Origin: Leptolyngbyaceae cyanobacterium
Lineage (GTDB): Bacteria; Cyanobacteriota; Cyanobacteriia; Phormidesmidales; Phormidesmidaceae
Direction of reading: 5' to 3'
DNA length: 64,000 bases
Assembly: GCA_965263355.1 (NCBI GenBank)
Contig: CBDHHL010000056.1
Coordinates: 1,728,001 to 1,792,000, forward strand
In this document: positions 10,131-23,993 of the stretch, piece by piece
How positions within the stretch are numbered: position 1 is the stretch's first letter
Layout of the letters: each line of letters begins with the position of its first letter
The notes under the pieces: generated by a model
The model's database searches: none
Told to the model about the DNA's origin: nothing
What the model saw: only the letters and a program-made list of their open reading frames with translations
Made by a program: the position numbers and the translations under genes

Positions 10131-10380
10131 TAATCCGTCCCTCCATATTCAAAAATGAGAGGTTGGTAACCTTGATTACATCGGTTGTGTATGGCAAACC
10201 AGATAAACCGTCATTGACCTACAGCTGTTTCAAAGCGTTTTGTACAGTCAAATTTCAAGGGGTTGATGTTGATAACCTGGCCACCGCCCACAGATGTGTT
10301 CTAGGTCAAAACCCGTAGATACCGAGTAGCAGATATACATTCGGCCTCCATAGGAAAAATAAGAAAATATAGTAAATATT

Positions 10381-10410
10381 CAGTTGACAACTGATTAACC
10401 TTTGTTTAAG
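10381..10410 (-). promoter_or_regulatory. Pho box (SphR/PhoB site) upstream of the Na/Pi transporter
   Basis: CTTAAACA-aag-GTTAATCA-gtt-GTCAACTG: three 8-mers at 11-bp period resembling CTTAACCT. Confidence 0.7.
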
Positions 10411-10420
10411 GAGTAAGCAG

Positions 10421-10891
10421 TTATTCTGGGGGTTCAGTTGCTTTAGAACTGTCAGAATCTTGATCTTTGGCTAATAAATCAATGGTGTCACCTAATGCCG
10501 TGGTAAGGCTTTGACGAGTTTCACCATGGGCTGCCTGCTCTGCCTTGAGGGCATTGGACAGCTGATCGCATAGGGTAAGTGCCTGGATAAGCTGCGATCG
10601 CAACTCATCCATTGATTCCACCTGATTAACCTTGGCTAACCTCTGGTCTAGTTCACGAGAGACTTCACCATCAACCGGTGCCTGCTTGAATACGTCCAGT
10701 TCATTCGCCAATGCCCGAATCCGCATTTGGCTGCGCTCCGCATCATTACGCCGCTGTTCAGACTCCGACTCATACAATCTGCGCCAGTTTGCAGCGCTGG
10801 CATAAGCCTGATCACGTTCCTGACCTAAAACCTCGAGCTGCTGCTGTAACGTTTGAATCTCCGCTAGCCACTGAGATACTTCGTTGACCAT
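10421..10891 (-). CDS. Coiled-coil hypothetical protein
   Basis: WLAEIQTLQQQL...AANWRRLYE; heptad pattern. Confidence 0.8.
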   Translation of the reverse strand: MVNEVSQWLAEIQTLQQQLEVLGQERDQAYASAANWRRLYESESEQRRNDAERSQMRIRALANELDVFKQAPVDGEVSRELDQRLAKVNQVESMDELRSQLIQALTLCDQLSNALKAEQAAHGETRQSLTTALGDTIDLLAKDQDSDSSKATEPPE

Positions 10892-10986
10892 GGGCGTTGT
10901 CTACAACGGTTGATTAACGTAAGGATATAGCCTTTTTCCCGAAAATGTACAGATGTTCCATAAATATAGACAACGACCAAAAAACA

Positions 10987-11012
10987 AAAAAAAGGCAGTG
11001 CAATGCACTGCC
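10987..11012 (-). terminator. Intrinsic terminator after the atp operon
   Basis: GGCAGTGCA-T-TGCACTGCC followed by a T-run on the minus strand. Confidence 0.75.
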
Positions 11013-11054
11013 AAGACATATGGGGTTAAAACTTAGAGCAACTCAACTGGCAGC

Positions 11055-11999
11055 TTATCCGAGGGCAGCTGCCCCCCCTACCACCTCAAGAATCTCCTGA
11101 GTAATAGCAGCCTGACGCGCTTTGTTATAGTCAAGAGTCAAGGTTTTTACCAACTCACTAGCATTATCGCTAGCGTTATTCATCGCCGTCATCCGCGCCG
11201 CCAATTCACTGGCTGCAGAGTCCTGCAACGCTCGTAGGAGCTGATTATTCAAATACAGCGGCAACAATGCATCCAAGATTTGCACCGGATCTTGTTCAAA
11301 AATCATATCTTGGGGCAGCTGTACCTGTTCAGTTTGAACCGCTTCACGCTCTACCTGAAACTGTCCACCACGGGTCGTGAGGCGGAACATCTCATCTTCC
11401 TTATCCAACCCCTCAGGATCCAGAGGTAAGAGCGTTTGAGTGACTGGGCGAGAACTCACTAAGGATACAAACTTGGTATAGACTAGCTCAACCTTATCGA
11501 CTTCCTCAGACAAAAATAAAGAAAGTGCCTGATCAGCGATCTTGGAGGCTTCTTCCGATGTAGGAATTTGCTCTAAACCAATAAAGGTGGAATCGATAGG
11601 ATAGTCGCGTCTCTGAAAATATTGAGTCGCTTTACGGCCAATCAGAATCATCTGATAGCCAATCCCGGAAGCTTTGAGTTCCTTAGCACGATTCTCAGCA
11701 CGACGAATAATGTTGCTGTTATAGCCACCACACAGACCACGGTCTGCAGAAATAACAACCAAGCCAACATTTTTGACTTCGCGCTGCTGCAGCAGAGGCA
11801 GATTTGCATCCTCAAACTTCAAGCGAGTTTGAAGGCCGTAAAATACCTGAGCTAAGCGATCAGCAAAGGGACGAGTAGCTTCTACCTGCTCCTGGGCTCG
11901 GCGTACTTTGGCTGCTGCCACAAGACGCATTGCTTCGGTAATTTTACGGGTATTTTTGACCGACTTAATCCGGTCACGAATTGTTTTGAGATTAGGCAT
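11055..11999 (-). CDS. atpG: ATP synthase F1 gamma (cyanobacterial atpC)
   Basis: [31 protein letters not shown]. Confidence 0.98.
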   Translation of the reverse strand: MPNLKTIRDRIKSVKNTRKITEAMRLVAAAKVRRAQEQVEATRPFADRLAQVFYGLQTRLKFEDANLPLLQQREVKNVGLVVISADRGLCGGYNSNIIRRAENRAKELKASGIGYQMILIGRKATQYFQRRDYPIDSTFIGLEQIPTSEEASKIADQALSLFLSEEVDKVELVYTKFVSLVSSRPVTQTLLPLDPEGLDKEDEMFRLTTRGGQFQVEREAVQTEQVQLPQDMIFEQDPVQILDALLPLYLNNQLLRALQDSAASELAARMTAMNNASDNASELVKTLTLDYNKARQAAITQEILEVVGGAAALG

Positions 12000-12062
12000 A
12001 TGCGTTGTCTTTAGTCTGCCCTAAGTCAACAATTGCTGACTCAGGGCAAGACCAACCTCCTC

Positions 12063-13595
<1,533 letters not shown>

Positions 13596-13719
13596 TCAGA
13601 TATCAACAAAAAATCACCTAAACACCGCTCGACTAACAATTGATGCCGAAACAAGCCATCTCAATTAGCACGAACTCTAATCATCGGGTAGACGCTGAAG
13701 CACTCTAACCCTAAACACC

Positions 13720-14283
13720 CTAGCGAGAAGAAGCACTGCTCAACTGAAGGCTTATACGCCGCAGCTGTCCCCTCAGACTGGCATCCACCACCTGGGAACC
13801 AACTTTGATAATTACACCACCCAACAGCTCTGAATCTAGAACTGTCTTCAGCTCAACAGAACGAGCGCCGGTCATTGTAATCACTTTTTGGCGAATTGAA
13901 TCCTTTTGAGAGTCAGAGAGTTCAACCGCAGATGTAACCTCAGCCAAAACAGTCTGATTGAGTTCCCGTACTAGCTCCTGATATCGCTCACAAATATTAC
14001 CTAAAAATGGAATGCGTCCTCGGTCAACTAGCAACAGAACAAAGTTCAACATTGTTGGATGCAGCTGAGCAGATACAAGCCGGCGCAAAACATTCTTCTT
14101 GATATCAGCATTGATAATCGGGTTCTCAAGTAGCTGACTCAGATCAGAAGATATCAATAACAGCTCAGTCAACGCAGACGCATCTTGACTAAAGCGCTCC
14201 ACCAAATTGCCATCCTGAGCAATAGACAATAATGCCTGAGCATAAGGAGCAACCAAGCCTTCAATGACTACACTATCCTTCAC
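13720..14283 (-). CDS. atpH: ATP synthase delta (cyanobacterial atpD)
   Basis: PYAQALL..., LLGGVIIKVGSQVVDAS; overlaps the atpF stop. Confidence 0.96.
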   Translation of the reverse strand: MKDSVVIEGLVAPYAQALLSIAQDGNLVERFSQDASALTELLLISSDLSQLLENPIINADIKKNVLRRLVSAQLHPTMLNFVLLLVDRGRIPFLGNICERYQELVRELNQTVLAEVTSAVELSDSQKDSIRQKVITMTGARSVELKTVLDSELLGGVIIKVGSQVVDASLRGQLRRISLQLSSASSR

Positions 14284-14816
14284 AAGCTACCTCCCAACAG
14301 ACCAATACTTTGATCGATTAGCTTCTGCTGAAGCCCTGCATCTACCTGGGAGCGTAATTGCGACTCCACCTTCTCGACAGCGAGAGCAGATATCCGCTGG
14401 CGCAATTCCAGCACTACGCGATCTCTTTGAGAAGAAAGGTCTCGAGCAGCTTCATCTTTCATCCGCTGAACATCCTTGGCTGCCTGAGCTAAGATGTTAT
14501 CTTTGGCTACTTTCGCAGCTGCCTCACCATCAGATTTAATCTGAGCAGCTGTAGCCTGGGCCTCGGCCAAATTCCTCTGCTGTTCAGCCAGCGCCTTAGA
14601 CGCTTCCTTCAGACGTTTCTCAGCGTCTTGAATAGAAGCCTCAATATTTGAGCGACGCTCAGCCATAACGGCACCAAGAAAGCCTCGCCCGAAGTAGACA
14701 ATTAGAGCAATCAGAATAGAAAGATTAACAAGATTGGTTTCTAAAATATTGAAATTTAAACCAAACCCACCTTCTTCTGTTGCCAGTAGCCAAAAATTTT
14801 CAACCATAGCAATCAC
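14280..14816 (-). CDS. atpF: ATP synthase F0 subunit b
   Basis: FGLNFNILETNLVNL, TM helix plus coiled coil. Confidence 0.95.
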   Translation of the reverse strand: MIAMVENFWLLATEEGGFGLNFNILETNLVNLSILIALIVYFGRGFLGAVMAERRSNIEASIQDAEKRLKEASKALAEQQRNLAEAQATAAQIKSDGEAAAKVAKDNILAQAAKDVQRMKDEAARDLSSQRDRVVLELRQRISALAVEKVESQLRSQVDAGLQQKLIDQSIGLLGGSL

Positions 14817-14888
14817 TGCGTGCCAATAATCCCTCTAGTAAATTTAGCTTCTCAAATTCAAACAAGTCGGAAGCCCAAAACAGTTAGC

Positions 14889-15317
14889 CTAAGCAGCTGG
14901 AGCACCCAGAAGCTTACCTAAAATCTGTTGACTCAAAGCATCCACTTGACCTTCAAGCGTCTGAAAAGCTTCCTGCTTTTGTTGATCAAGCTCATTTTGA
15001 ACCTGCTCACGTTGCTGCTGGGCCTCTGCTTGAGCCTGGGCAATTTGTTTGTCAACAGTGGCGTTCGCATCAGCCTGAGCTTGGGCGATCAACTGTTGGG
15101 CTTGTCTCCGGCTATCAGCCAACTCTTGTTCATACTGCTTGGCAAGCTTTTCAGCCTCCTTCAAATACTCTGCAGCAGAAGATTTGCTAGTCCGGATGTA
15201 GCCATCACGTTCGTCAATAGTCTCTGAAATAGGTTTGAAGAAAACCTTATTTAGAAGATACGTCAACAAAACAAACTGCAACGCCATTACAGGCAATGTT
15301 GCATCAAAATCAAACAT
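14889..15317 (-). CDS. atpF2: ATP synthase F0 subunit b' (cyanobacterial atpG)
   Basis: MFDFDATLPVMALQF N-terminus. Confidence 0.95.
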   Translation of the reverse strand: MFDFDATLPVMALQFVLLTYLLNKVFFKPISETIDERDGYIRTSKSSAAEYLKEAEKLAKQYEQELADSRRQAQQLIAQAQADANATVDKQIAQAQAEAQQQREQVQNELDQQKQEAFQTLEGQVDALSQQILGKLLGAPAA

Positions 15318-15495
15318 TTTTCGTTTTCCCTAAACCTGAGACCCCATCAACATGGAAGAAAGTTGAAGAAAAAAGTAACTATCGGCTCAACTCAGGTGTC
15401 ATCCAACACAATGTAGTTATCAGGGCGTTAACTGAAAAGGACTCAATTCCCATAAGGGTCGCGAACACAGATAACGCCCCTAAAGCCAACCTTCC

Positions 15496-15786
<291 letters not shown>

Positions 15787-15842
15787 TCAGTAAAAGCAGG
15801 TAACAATTACCTTGCAGCTTAGAAGCACTCTAGCGATAGGAG

Positions 15843-16598
15843 CTAGGCATGCTCCTCGTGACCTTCGTCACCATGCCCTTCCAATGCCTCATGAATGTAG
15901 GCTGCTGCCAACGTAGCAAACACCAATGCTTGAATAGCGCTAGTAAACAGACCCAACATCATTACGGGTAAGGGAACAAACAAAGGGACCAACAGCACCA
16001 AAACGGCAACTACGAGTTCATCGGCCAAGATATTTCCAAAGAGACGGAAGCTCAGGGAAAGTGGCTTGGTAAAGTCTTCAAGAATTGCGATTGGCAACAA
16101 AATTGGAGTTGGCTCAATATATTTCGCGAAATATCCTAAACCCCGCTTCTTAAATCCTGCATAAAAATATGCTAAGGACGTTAACAAAGCTAAGGCAACC
16201 GTTGTGTTGATATCACCGGTAGGCGCAGCAAGCTCACCTTCAGGAATTTCAATCACATGCCAAGGGAGAAGAGCCCCCGACCAATTAGACACAAAGATAA
16301 ACAAGAACAATGTGCCGATAAACGGTAGCCAAGGACGATATTCTTTTTCGCCAAGCTGATTCTTAGCAATGTCTCTGACGAACTCAAAGACATACTCCAT
16401 AAGGTTTTGCAACCCTTGGGGCACCCTCTGCATATTTCGAGTTGCCAGAACAGATGTTATTAAAAGCAGTCCAATCACAAACCAAGAGGTCAAAAAGACC
16501 TGACCGTGGAGTTTAAGTCCTCCCAGGTTCCAATAGAAGTGATGACCTACCTCTAACTCAGCTAATGGCAACACATTAAAGTGCAGCAAACTTAGCAT
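15843..16598 (-). CDS. atpB: ATP synthase F0 subunit a (cyanobacterial atpI)
   Basis: [16 protein letters not shown]. Confidence 0.98.
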   Translation of the reverse strand: MLSLLHFNVLPLAELEVGHHFYWNLGGLKLHGQVFLTSWFVIGLLLITSVLATRNMQRVPQGLQNLMEYVFEFVRDIAKNQLGEKEYRPWLPFIGTLFLFIFVSNWSGALLPWHVIEIPEGELAAPTGDINTTVALALLTSLAYFYAGFKKRGLGYFAKYIEPTPILLPIAILEDFTKPLSLSFRLFGNILADELVVAVLVLLVPLFVPLPVMMLGLFTSAIQALVFATLAAAYIHEALEGHGDEGHEEHA

Positions 16599-16682
16599 CT
16601 TAATTCAGGTTAGGTTGACCAAAAAGACAGCAGGTCAAATGATTAGCGGCTAATCTAGCCCAAGAAAAGCTACAAAAGCCTT

Positions 16683-17108
16683 TTAAGCCTTTGACAGCGC
16701 CTTGAACATGTATGCGATGAGGGCAGCCTTATAAGTGAGGAAACCTAAAAAAATTGGGACAATTTGCAGCTGATCCACTTGGGTAGCAACTACTATTAAG
16801 CCAATAAATAAAGCAAGCTGATTCTTGCCAACTTTAGATTTACTCCTGCCAAGCTGCTCAACGCTTCTAGCCAGCAATTTTAAGTAAACCACACCAGAAC
16901 AAGCTCCAATTATGTAATTAAGAGCTGTGTTCAAAGAGTAGGCCACCCAAACCGAAATGAATGCTAGCAACGAGAAACAAACTGTCCAAAAGAACAGCTC
17001 ACTTTGCAGCTGATAGTATTCTTCCATCGAAGAATGAGGCTCTGGGGAAATACCGCCTGTAGCCAACGTCTCGGAATCAACTTCCGTTACGCCATCATTT
17101 TCATCCAT
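16683..17108 (-). CDS. atpI: ATP synthase protein I (Atp1)
   Basis: SMEEYYQLQ..., FLGFLTYKAA; first gene of the operon. Confidence 0.9.
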   Translation of the reverse strand: MDENDGVTEVDSETLATGGISPEPHSSMEEYYQLQSELFFWTVCFSLLAFISVWVAYSLNTALNYIIGACSGVVYLKLLARSVEQLGRSKSKVGKNQLALFIGLIVVATQVDQLQIVPIFLGFLTYKAALIAYMFKALSKA

Positions 17109-17388
17109 AGATTAAGTCTCTATGAGGTTTGTGTGGCAAGTTCACAGAAATCACTCAAACTAGCCTAGGCAGACCTACAACAGTGGCCGAAGCCCTTTGT
17201 GCAAGCCGAGGTCAATCATATCATTTAAAGCTAACAATACTTAATACAAATCCCTTGGGATTACCGCAGGCAAGCATTTTCTTGCCACCCAGAAATAAAA
17301 GATATTTCGATCAAGCATATTCAGCTTGACAATTTTGCTGAGCATGCTTGATCAAGGAATTATGGGCCATGGCTTCTGGCTATGTGCT

Positions 17389-18594
17389 CTAAAGTTCGTC
17401 TGGTGGGGTTAGCAAAATTAGCTGTTGAGCCTGTAATGAGCGAACTGCTGACAGATCTAAGGAGGTTTGTGCCAATATATCGGCCACAGTAGCCTGGTCT
17501 CCCCTTGCTTCACAGACCTGCAGAAATGAATATTCGCCATCACTGATCTGAATCAGTTGGTAATCGGCATTAAAAAAAGACTGGCTTGGCCAACCAGAAA
17601 GACAGGGTGTGAGTGTGGGATAGGCCGATAATAGTTGCTGATCATCGGACCAATCTATCCGAGGCAATGGAGGACGTGCCAGGAAAAACTCATAGTGGGT
17701 TAGTTCAGGGTCGAGGAGTTCAATTAATCGATATTGGGCTCGCTGATCTAGCGTCTGAGCCCGTGCCATTATTTCAGGTGCCTTGGCAATGAGGCGGTCT
17801 AGATTCCAATATTGGGGATTAGAGAACCCGACAAACTCCAGTCCTGAGGCATCAATCAGTTCAAACAGAGTATCAATGGTATAGTCCACTTCCTGGGGAT
17901 GGACATACATATCAGCAAAGCATTCGTCCTGATGATTTTCTAAGGCCCAGCGCTCTTTGTCTCGTTTGACGATGCGATTATTCTCAGGCAATGCATCAAA
18001 GAGCTGGCGACCAACCGATACACCATCGCGATAGTCTCCCCGCTTGTCTCCTTGCAGCATTGAAATCGCTGCTTGCATCAGGGAAATTTCCCATCGCCCC
18101 AGTGCAGCATAGACAAATATGTGGAGCAGCCCCCCCGGTGCAACTTTATGGGCTAACGCTTGGATACCCCTAATCGGATCGGGCATGTGGTGGAGCACAC
18201 CAACACAATTGATCAAATCAAAGTGCCCCTCGATCTGATCAACATCGTAGATGCTGAGATTGTGAAAGGTGACGCGATCAGCCCCTGAACGCTGGCAACG
18301 CTCACGGGCTACTTGCAAGGTGCCAGCACTCAAATCAATGCCAGTAACCTGGGCCTGGGGATTTAGGTGCACCAAATATTCAGTGCCGACCCCAGAACCA
18401 CACCCTGCATCTAAAATCTTTACCTGCTCTGTTTTAGGCAGCTGACCTGTACAAAAATTGTAGGCTGTTGGCCAATACCACCGCCAGTTATAGCCAGGCG
18501 GTGGCTCATCAATTAAGGGTTCCGGCGGAAATGGATAGGTATCGTACAGTTTAGCCACCGCTTTACTCACAGCAGCTTCATGGTCAGAAATCAT
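17389..18594 (-). CDS. Class I SAM-dependent methyltransferase
   Basis: ILDAGCGSG, FDLINCVGVLHH. Confidence 0.88.
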   Translation of the reverse strand: MISDHEAAVSKAVAKLYDTYPFPPEPLIDEPPPGYNWRWYWPTAYNFCTGQLPKTEQVKILDAGCGSGVGTEYLVHLNPQAQVTGIDLSAGTLQVARERCQRSGADRVTFHNLSIYDVDQIEGHFDLINCVGVLHHMPDPIRGIQALAHKVAPGGLLHIFVYAALGRWEISLMQAAISMLQGDKRGDYRDGVSVGRQLFDALPENNRIVKRDKERWALENHQDECFADMYVHPQEVDYTIDTLFELIDASGLEFVGFSNPQYWNLDRLIAKAPEIMARAQTLDQRAQYRLIELLDPELTHYEFFLARPPLPRIDWSDDQQLLSAYPTLTPCLSGWPSQSFFNADYQLIQISDGEYSFLQVCEARGDQATVADILAQTSLDLSAVRSLQAQQLILLTPPDEL

Positions 18595-18987
18595 ACTGAA
18601 ACTATAGTTTTGAGTGCTTGGTTTCGAGTTTTGAGTTGAGCCAACCCAATTGCCTAACGTAGAAGCATTCTATGGAAAGCCTCTACGCAAAACTCAGGTC
18701 CCCTAAGCCTGGCATTTTTTGGCGGGCTCTTCGTAAACACAGGTAACAAAACTTATCTTTCTTCTCATTCACTTGACCACCGTCTTTTATGATGACTCAG
18801 TGGGCTAATAACAAGATGTTAAACAGTCTTTAGAAGACCATCTTGGGTTCCGTAATCGTTTTAATCTGGAACTATCACAAGAGCCGATCGGCCCATCGCG
18901 CTGCCTGCTGGTTTTAACCATTGCTCTAGGTCTTTTCGAAGCCTGAGCTACTCGGCGCTGAGGGAAGGGTCTGATGCAATCACATAA

Positions 18988-19060
18988 GCCATGTCCAAGT
19001 TAAAACCTGTGGCTTTCTTGACGGAAAATCCCACGTTCTGGACGTGGCCAAGGTTTAATT
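18988..19060 (+). promoter_or_regulatory. Copy 2 of the structured element, in the apcE 5' leader
   Basis: Stem GCCATGTCCA/TGGACGTGGC; loop AAACCT complementary to downstream AGGTTT; ends 35 nt before the ATG. Confidence 0.75.
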
Positions 19061-19089
19061 GCAATCAACTATTAGAAGGGAGCCTTTGA

Positions 19090-21792
<2,703 letters not shown>

Positions 21793-21828
21793 TGTCTAAT
21801 TGTTCCACTGTCTAAAAATCAGCTAATA

Positions 21829-21871
21829 CCTAGCAGCAACAAAGCCAGTTAAATGTCTTGTTGCTGCTAGG
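21829..21871 (+). terminator. Hairpin after apcE
   Basis: CCTAGCAGCAAC...GTTGCTGCTAGG followed by T-rich sequence. Confidence 0.6.
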
Positions 21872-21929
21872 TTGGTTGTTTTGAAAATCACTTGAAAACA
21901 TCTGCGACACAGCGATTCTGAGGGGCACT

Positions 21930-21947
21930 ATTACAAAATATTACGCA
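21930..21947 (+). promoter_or_regulatory. HLR1-like direct repeat (putative RpaB site) upstream of apcA
   Basis: ATTACAAA-AT-ATTACGCA at 10-bp period. Confidence 0.5.
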
Positions 21948-22209
21948 CTCTCTAAGAAGGTTAGCTGAATGCCGGAGAATATTTTCGGAAGGTAGCTAAG
22001 CTGATAAAAGATTTCTCGAAATCTGAGCTGATATTTGGCATGCTTCAATAATTGAATTAAGCGTTGTATCGGCGCAATGGTTGCCCGCTTGATTTGATTT
22101 AGAGTGAAAATCAGACTGCTGTAACCTTGCTTTTTAGAGGTCATATCAGTCTTTTTAAGGTGAGCCCTAACAGGTTCACTTGGATATGTTCTTTCGGAGG
22201 AATCCATAG

Positions 22210-22695
22210 ATGAGTATTGTCACGAAATCTATCGTGAATGCCGATGCTGAGGCCCGTTACCTCAGCCCTGGTGAATTGGATCGGATCAAGGGTTTCGTTA
22301 CCTCTGGTGAGCGTCGTCTACGCATTGCTCAAGTCCTAACTGAGTCCCGCGAGCGTATCATCAAGCAAGCTGGTGATCAGCTATTTCAAAAGCGTCCTGA
22401 CGTTGTTTCTCCTGGTGGTAACGCCTACGGTGAAGAAATGACCGCAACTTGCTTGCGCGACATGGACTACTACCTGCGTCTCGTCACCTACGGTATTGTT
22501 GCTGGTGATGTGGCTCCTATCGAGGAGATTGGCTTGGTGGGTGCTAAGGAGATGTATAACTCTCTAGGTACCTCCATTCCTGCCGTAGCTGATTCAGTTC
22601 GCTTTATGAAGGGCGTCGCATCTTCTTTATTGTCTGGTGACGATGCAGCTGAGGCCGCCTCTTACTTTGACTACGTTGTTGGCGGATTGCTGTAG
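22210..22695 (+). CDS. apcA: Allophycocyanin alpha
   Basis: [32 protein letters not shown]. Confidence 0.99.
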   Translation: MSIVTKSIVNADAEARYLSPGELDRIKGFVTSGERRLRIAQVLTESRERIIKQAGDQLFQKRPDVVSPGGNAYGEEMTATCLRDMDYYLRLVTYGIVAGDVAPIEEIGLVGAKEMYNSLGTSIPAVADSVRFMKGVASSLLSGDDAAEAASYFDYVVGGLL

Positions 22696-22755
22696 ATCTG
22701 CATTGAGTTAACTTTTTGAACCACGTCATCAAATTTCATTAAGGAATACAGATTC

Positions 22756-23241
22756 ATGCAAGACGCGATTACTTCTGTAATTAATTCTTCAGACGTTCAG
22801 GGTAAGTACCTTGATCAGTCTTCCATGGATAAGCTAGCTGCTTATTTCCAAACTGGTGAGCTTCGTGTTCGCGCTGCCACTGCTATTGGTGCTAACGCTT
22901 CTGAAATCGTTCGTGATGCTGTTGCCAAGGCACTACTTTACTCCGATATCACTCGTCCTGGTGGAAACATGTACACCACTCGTCGCTATGCTGCTTGCAT
23001 TCGCGACCTGGACTACTACCTACGCTATTCCACCTACGCTATGTTAGCGGGTGATCCTTCTATCCTTGACGAGCGTGTACTCAACGGTCTGAAAGAAACT
23101 TATAACTCTCTAGGTGTACCTGTAGGTGCGACTGTTCAAGCAATTCAGGCAATGAAAGAAGTAACTGCTGGCCTAGTTGGTACTGATGCTGGCAAGGAAA
23201 TGGGCGTTTACTTTGACTACATTTGCTCCGGCCTAAGCTAA
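22756..23241 (+). CDS. apcB: Allophycocyanin beta
   Basis: [29 protein letters not shown]. Confidence 0.99.
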   Translation: MQDAITSVINSSDVQGKYLDQSSMDKLAAYFQTGELRVRAATAIGANASEIVRDAVAKALLYSDITRPGGNMYTTRRYAACIRDLDYYLRYSTYAMLAGDPSILDERVLNGLKETYNSLGVPVGATVQAIQAMKEVTAGLVGTDAGKEMGVYFDYICSGLS

Positions 23242-23627
23242 GTCTGGTTGATGCGTTTTTAGATTAATCTAAACGATTAATCTGAAAGTGTTTCGGAAGT
23301 CTGAAGCGAGTGTTAGCTTGTCAAAGTCTTTCTAGTTCGAAGGATTGTGGTGTGCTGGTCATTGGTTATCGGACTTCCGAATTTTTGAATCTATGCTTAG
23401 TCTTTAAAGGCGTAGTGATGATTATGCTACGGCCTAAGTCATAAGCAAGCTTTAAATATAGGCAGTTTGAGCCTTGATAGCTAGTTACCCAACAGGGAGC
23501 TGGCGGTTTTTTACGCTGATAGTTAATGCCATTAAACTAAAGCAAAATAATTAATGCTTCAGTTAATAGGCTTTTCGCAATTGATTTGCAAAATAGTTTT
23601 TGTTTAAAAGTAGGAGACATCTCTGCT

Positions 23628-23831
23628 ATGCGTATGTTTCGGATTACTGCCTGTGTGCCGAGTCAATCTCGCATTCGCACCCAGCGCGAGCTACAGAATA
23701 CTTTTTTTACGAAGCTCGTTCCCTACGATAGCTGGTTCCGCGAGCAGCAGCGAATTCAAAAGATGGGTGGCAAGATTGTCAAGGTAGAATTAGCAACTGG
23801 CAAACCTGGCGCTAATACAGGGTTAGCCTAG
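23628..23831 (+). CDS. apcC: Phycobilisome small core linker
   Basis: MRMFRITACVPSQSRIRTQRELQNTFFTK; AGGAG RBS. Confidence 0.98.
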   Translation: MRMFRITACVPSQSRIRTQRELQNTFFTKLVPYDSWFREQQRIQKMGGKIVKVELATGKPGANTGLA

Positions 23832-23847
23832 AGACAATTGATCAAAA

Positions 23848-23891
23848 CCATAAAAAATGGAGGTAACTAAGTTACCTCCATTTTTTTATGG
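23848..23891 (+). terminator. Intrinsic terminator after apcC
   Basis: AAAAAATGGAGGTAACT-A-AGTTACCTCCATTTTTTT. Confidence 0.85.
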
Positions 23892-23993
23892 CGGTAAAGA
23901 TGTGACTCTCCCATATAAAATCTCATTCGGGTTGCCGGAATAGTTTTAGAGCTGGGAGTATCTTATAGAAACCTTCATCCTGCTGAAAAAGCA

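Noticed and set aside
18608..18640. GTTTTGA-like heptamer repeats
   Set aside because: Only about three degenerate units, STRR-like at best; not a CRISPR array.
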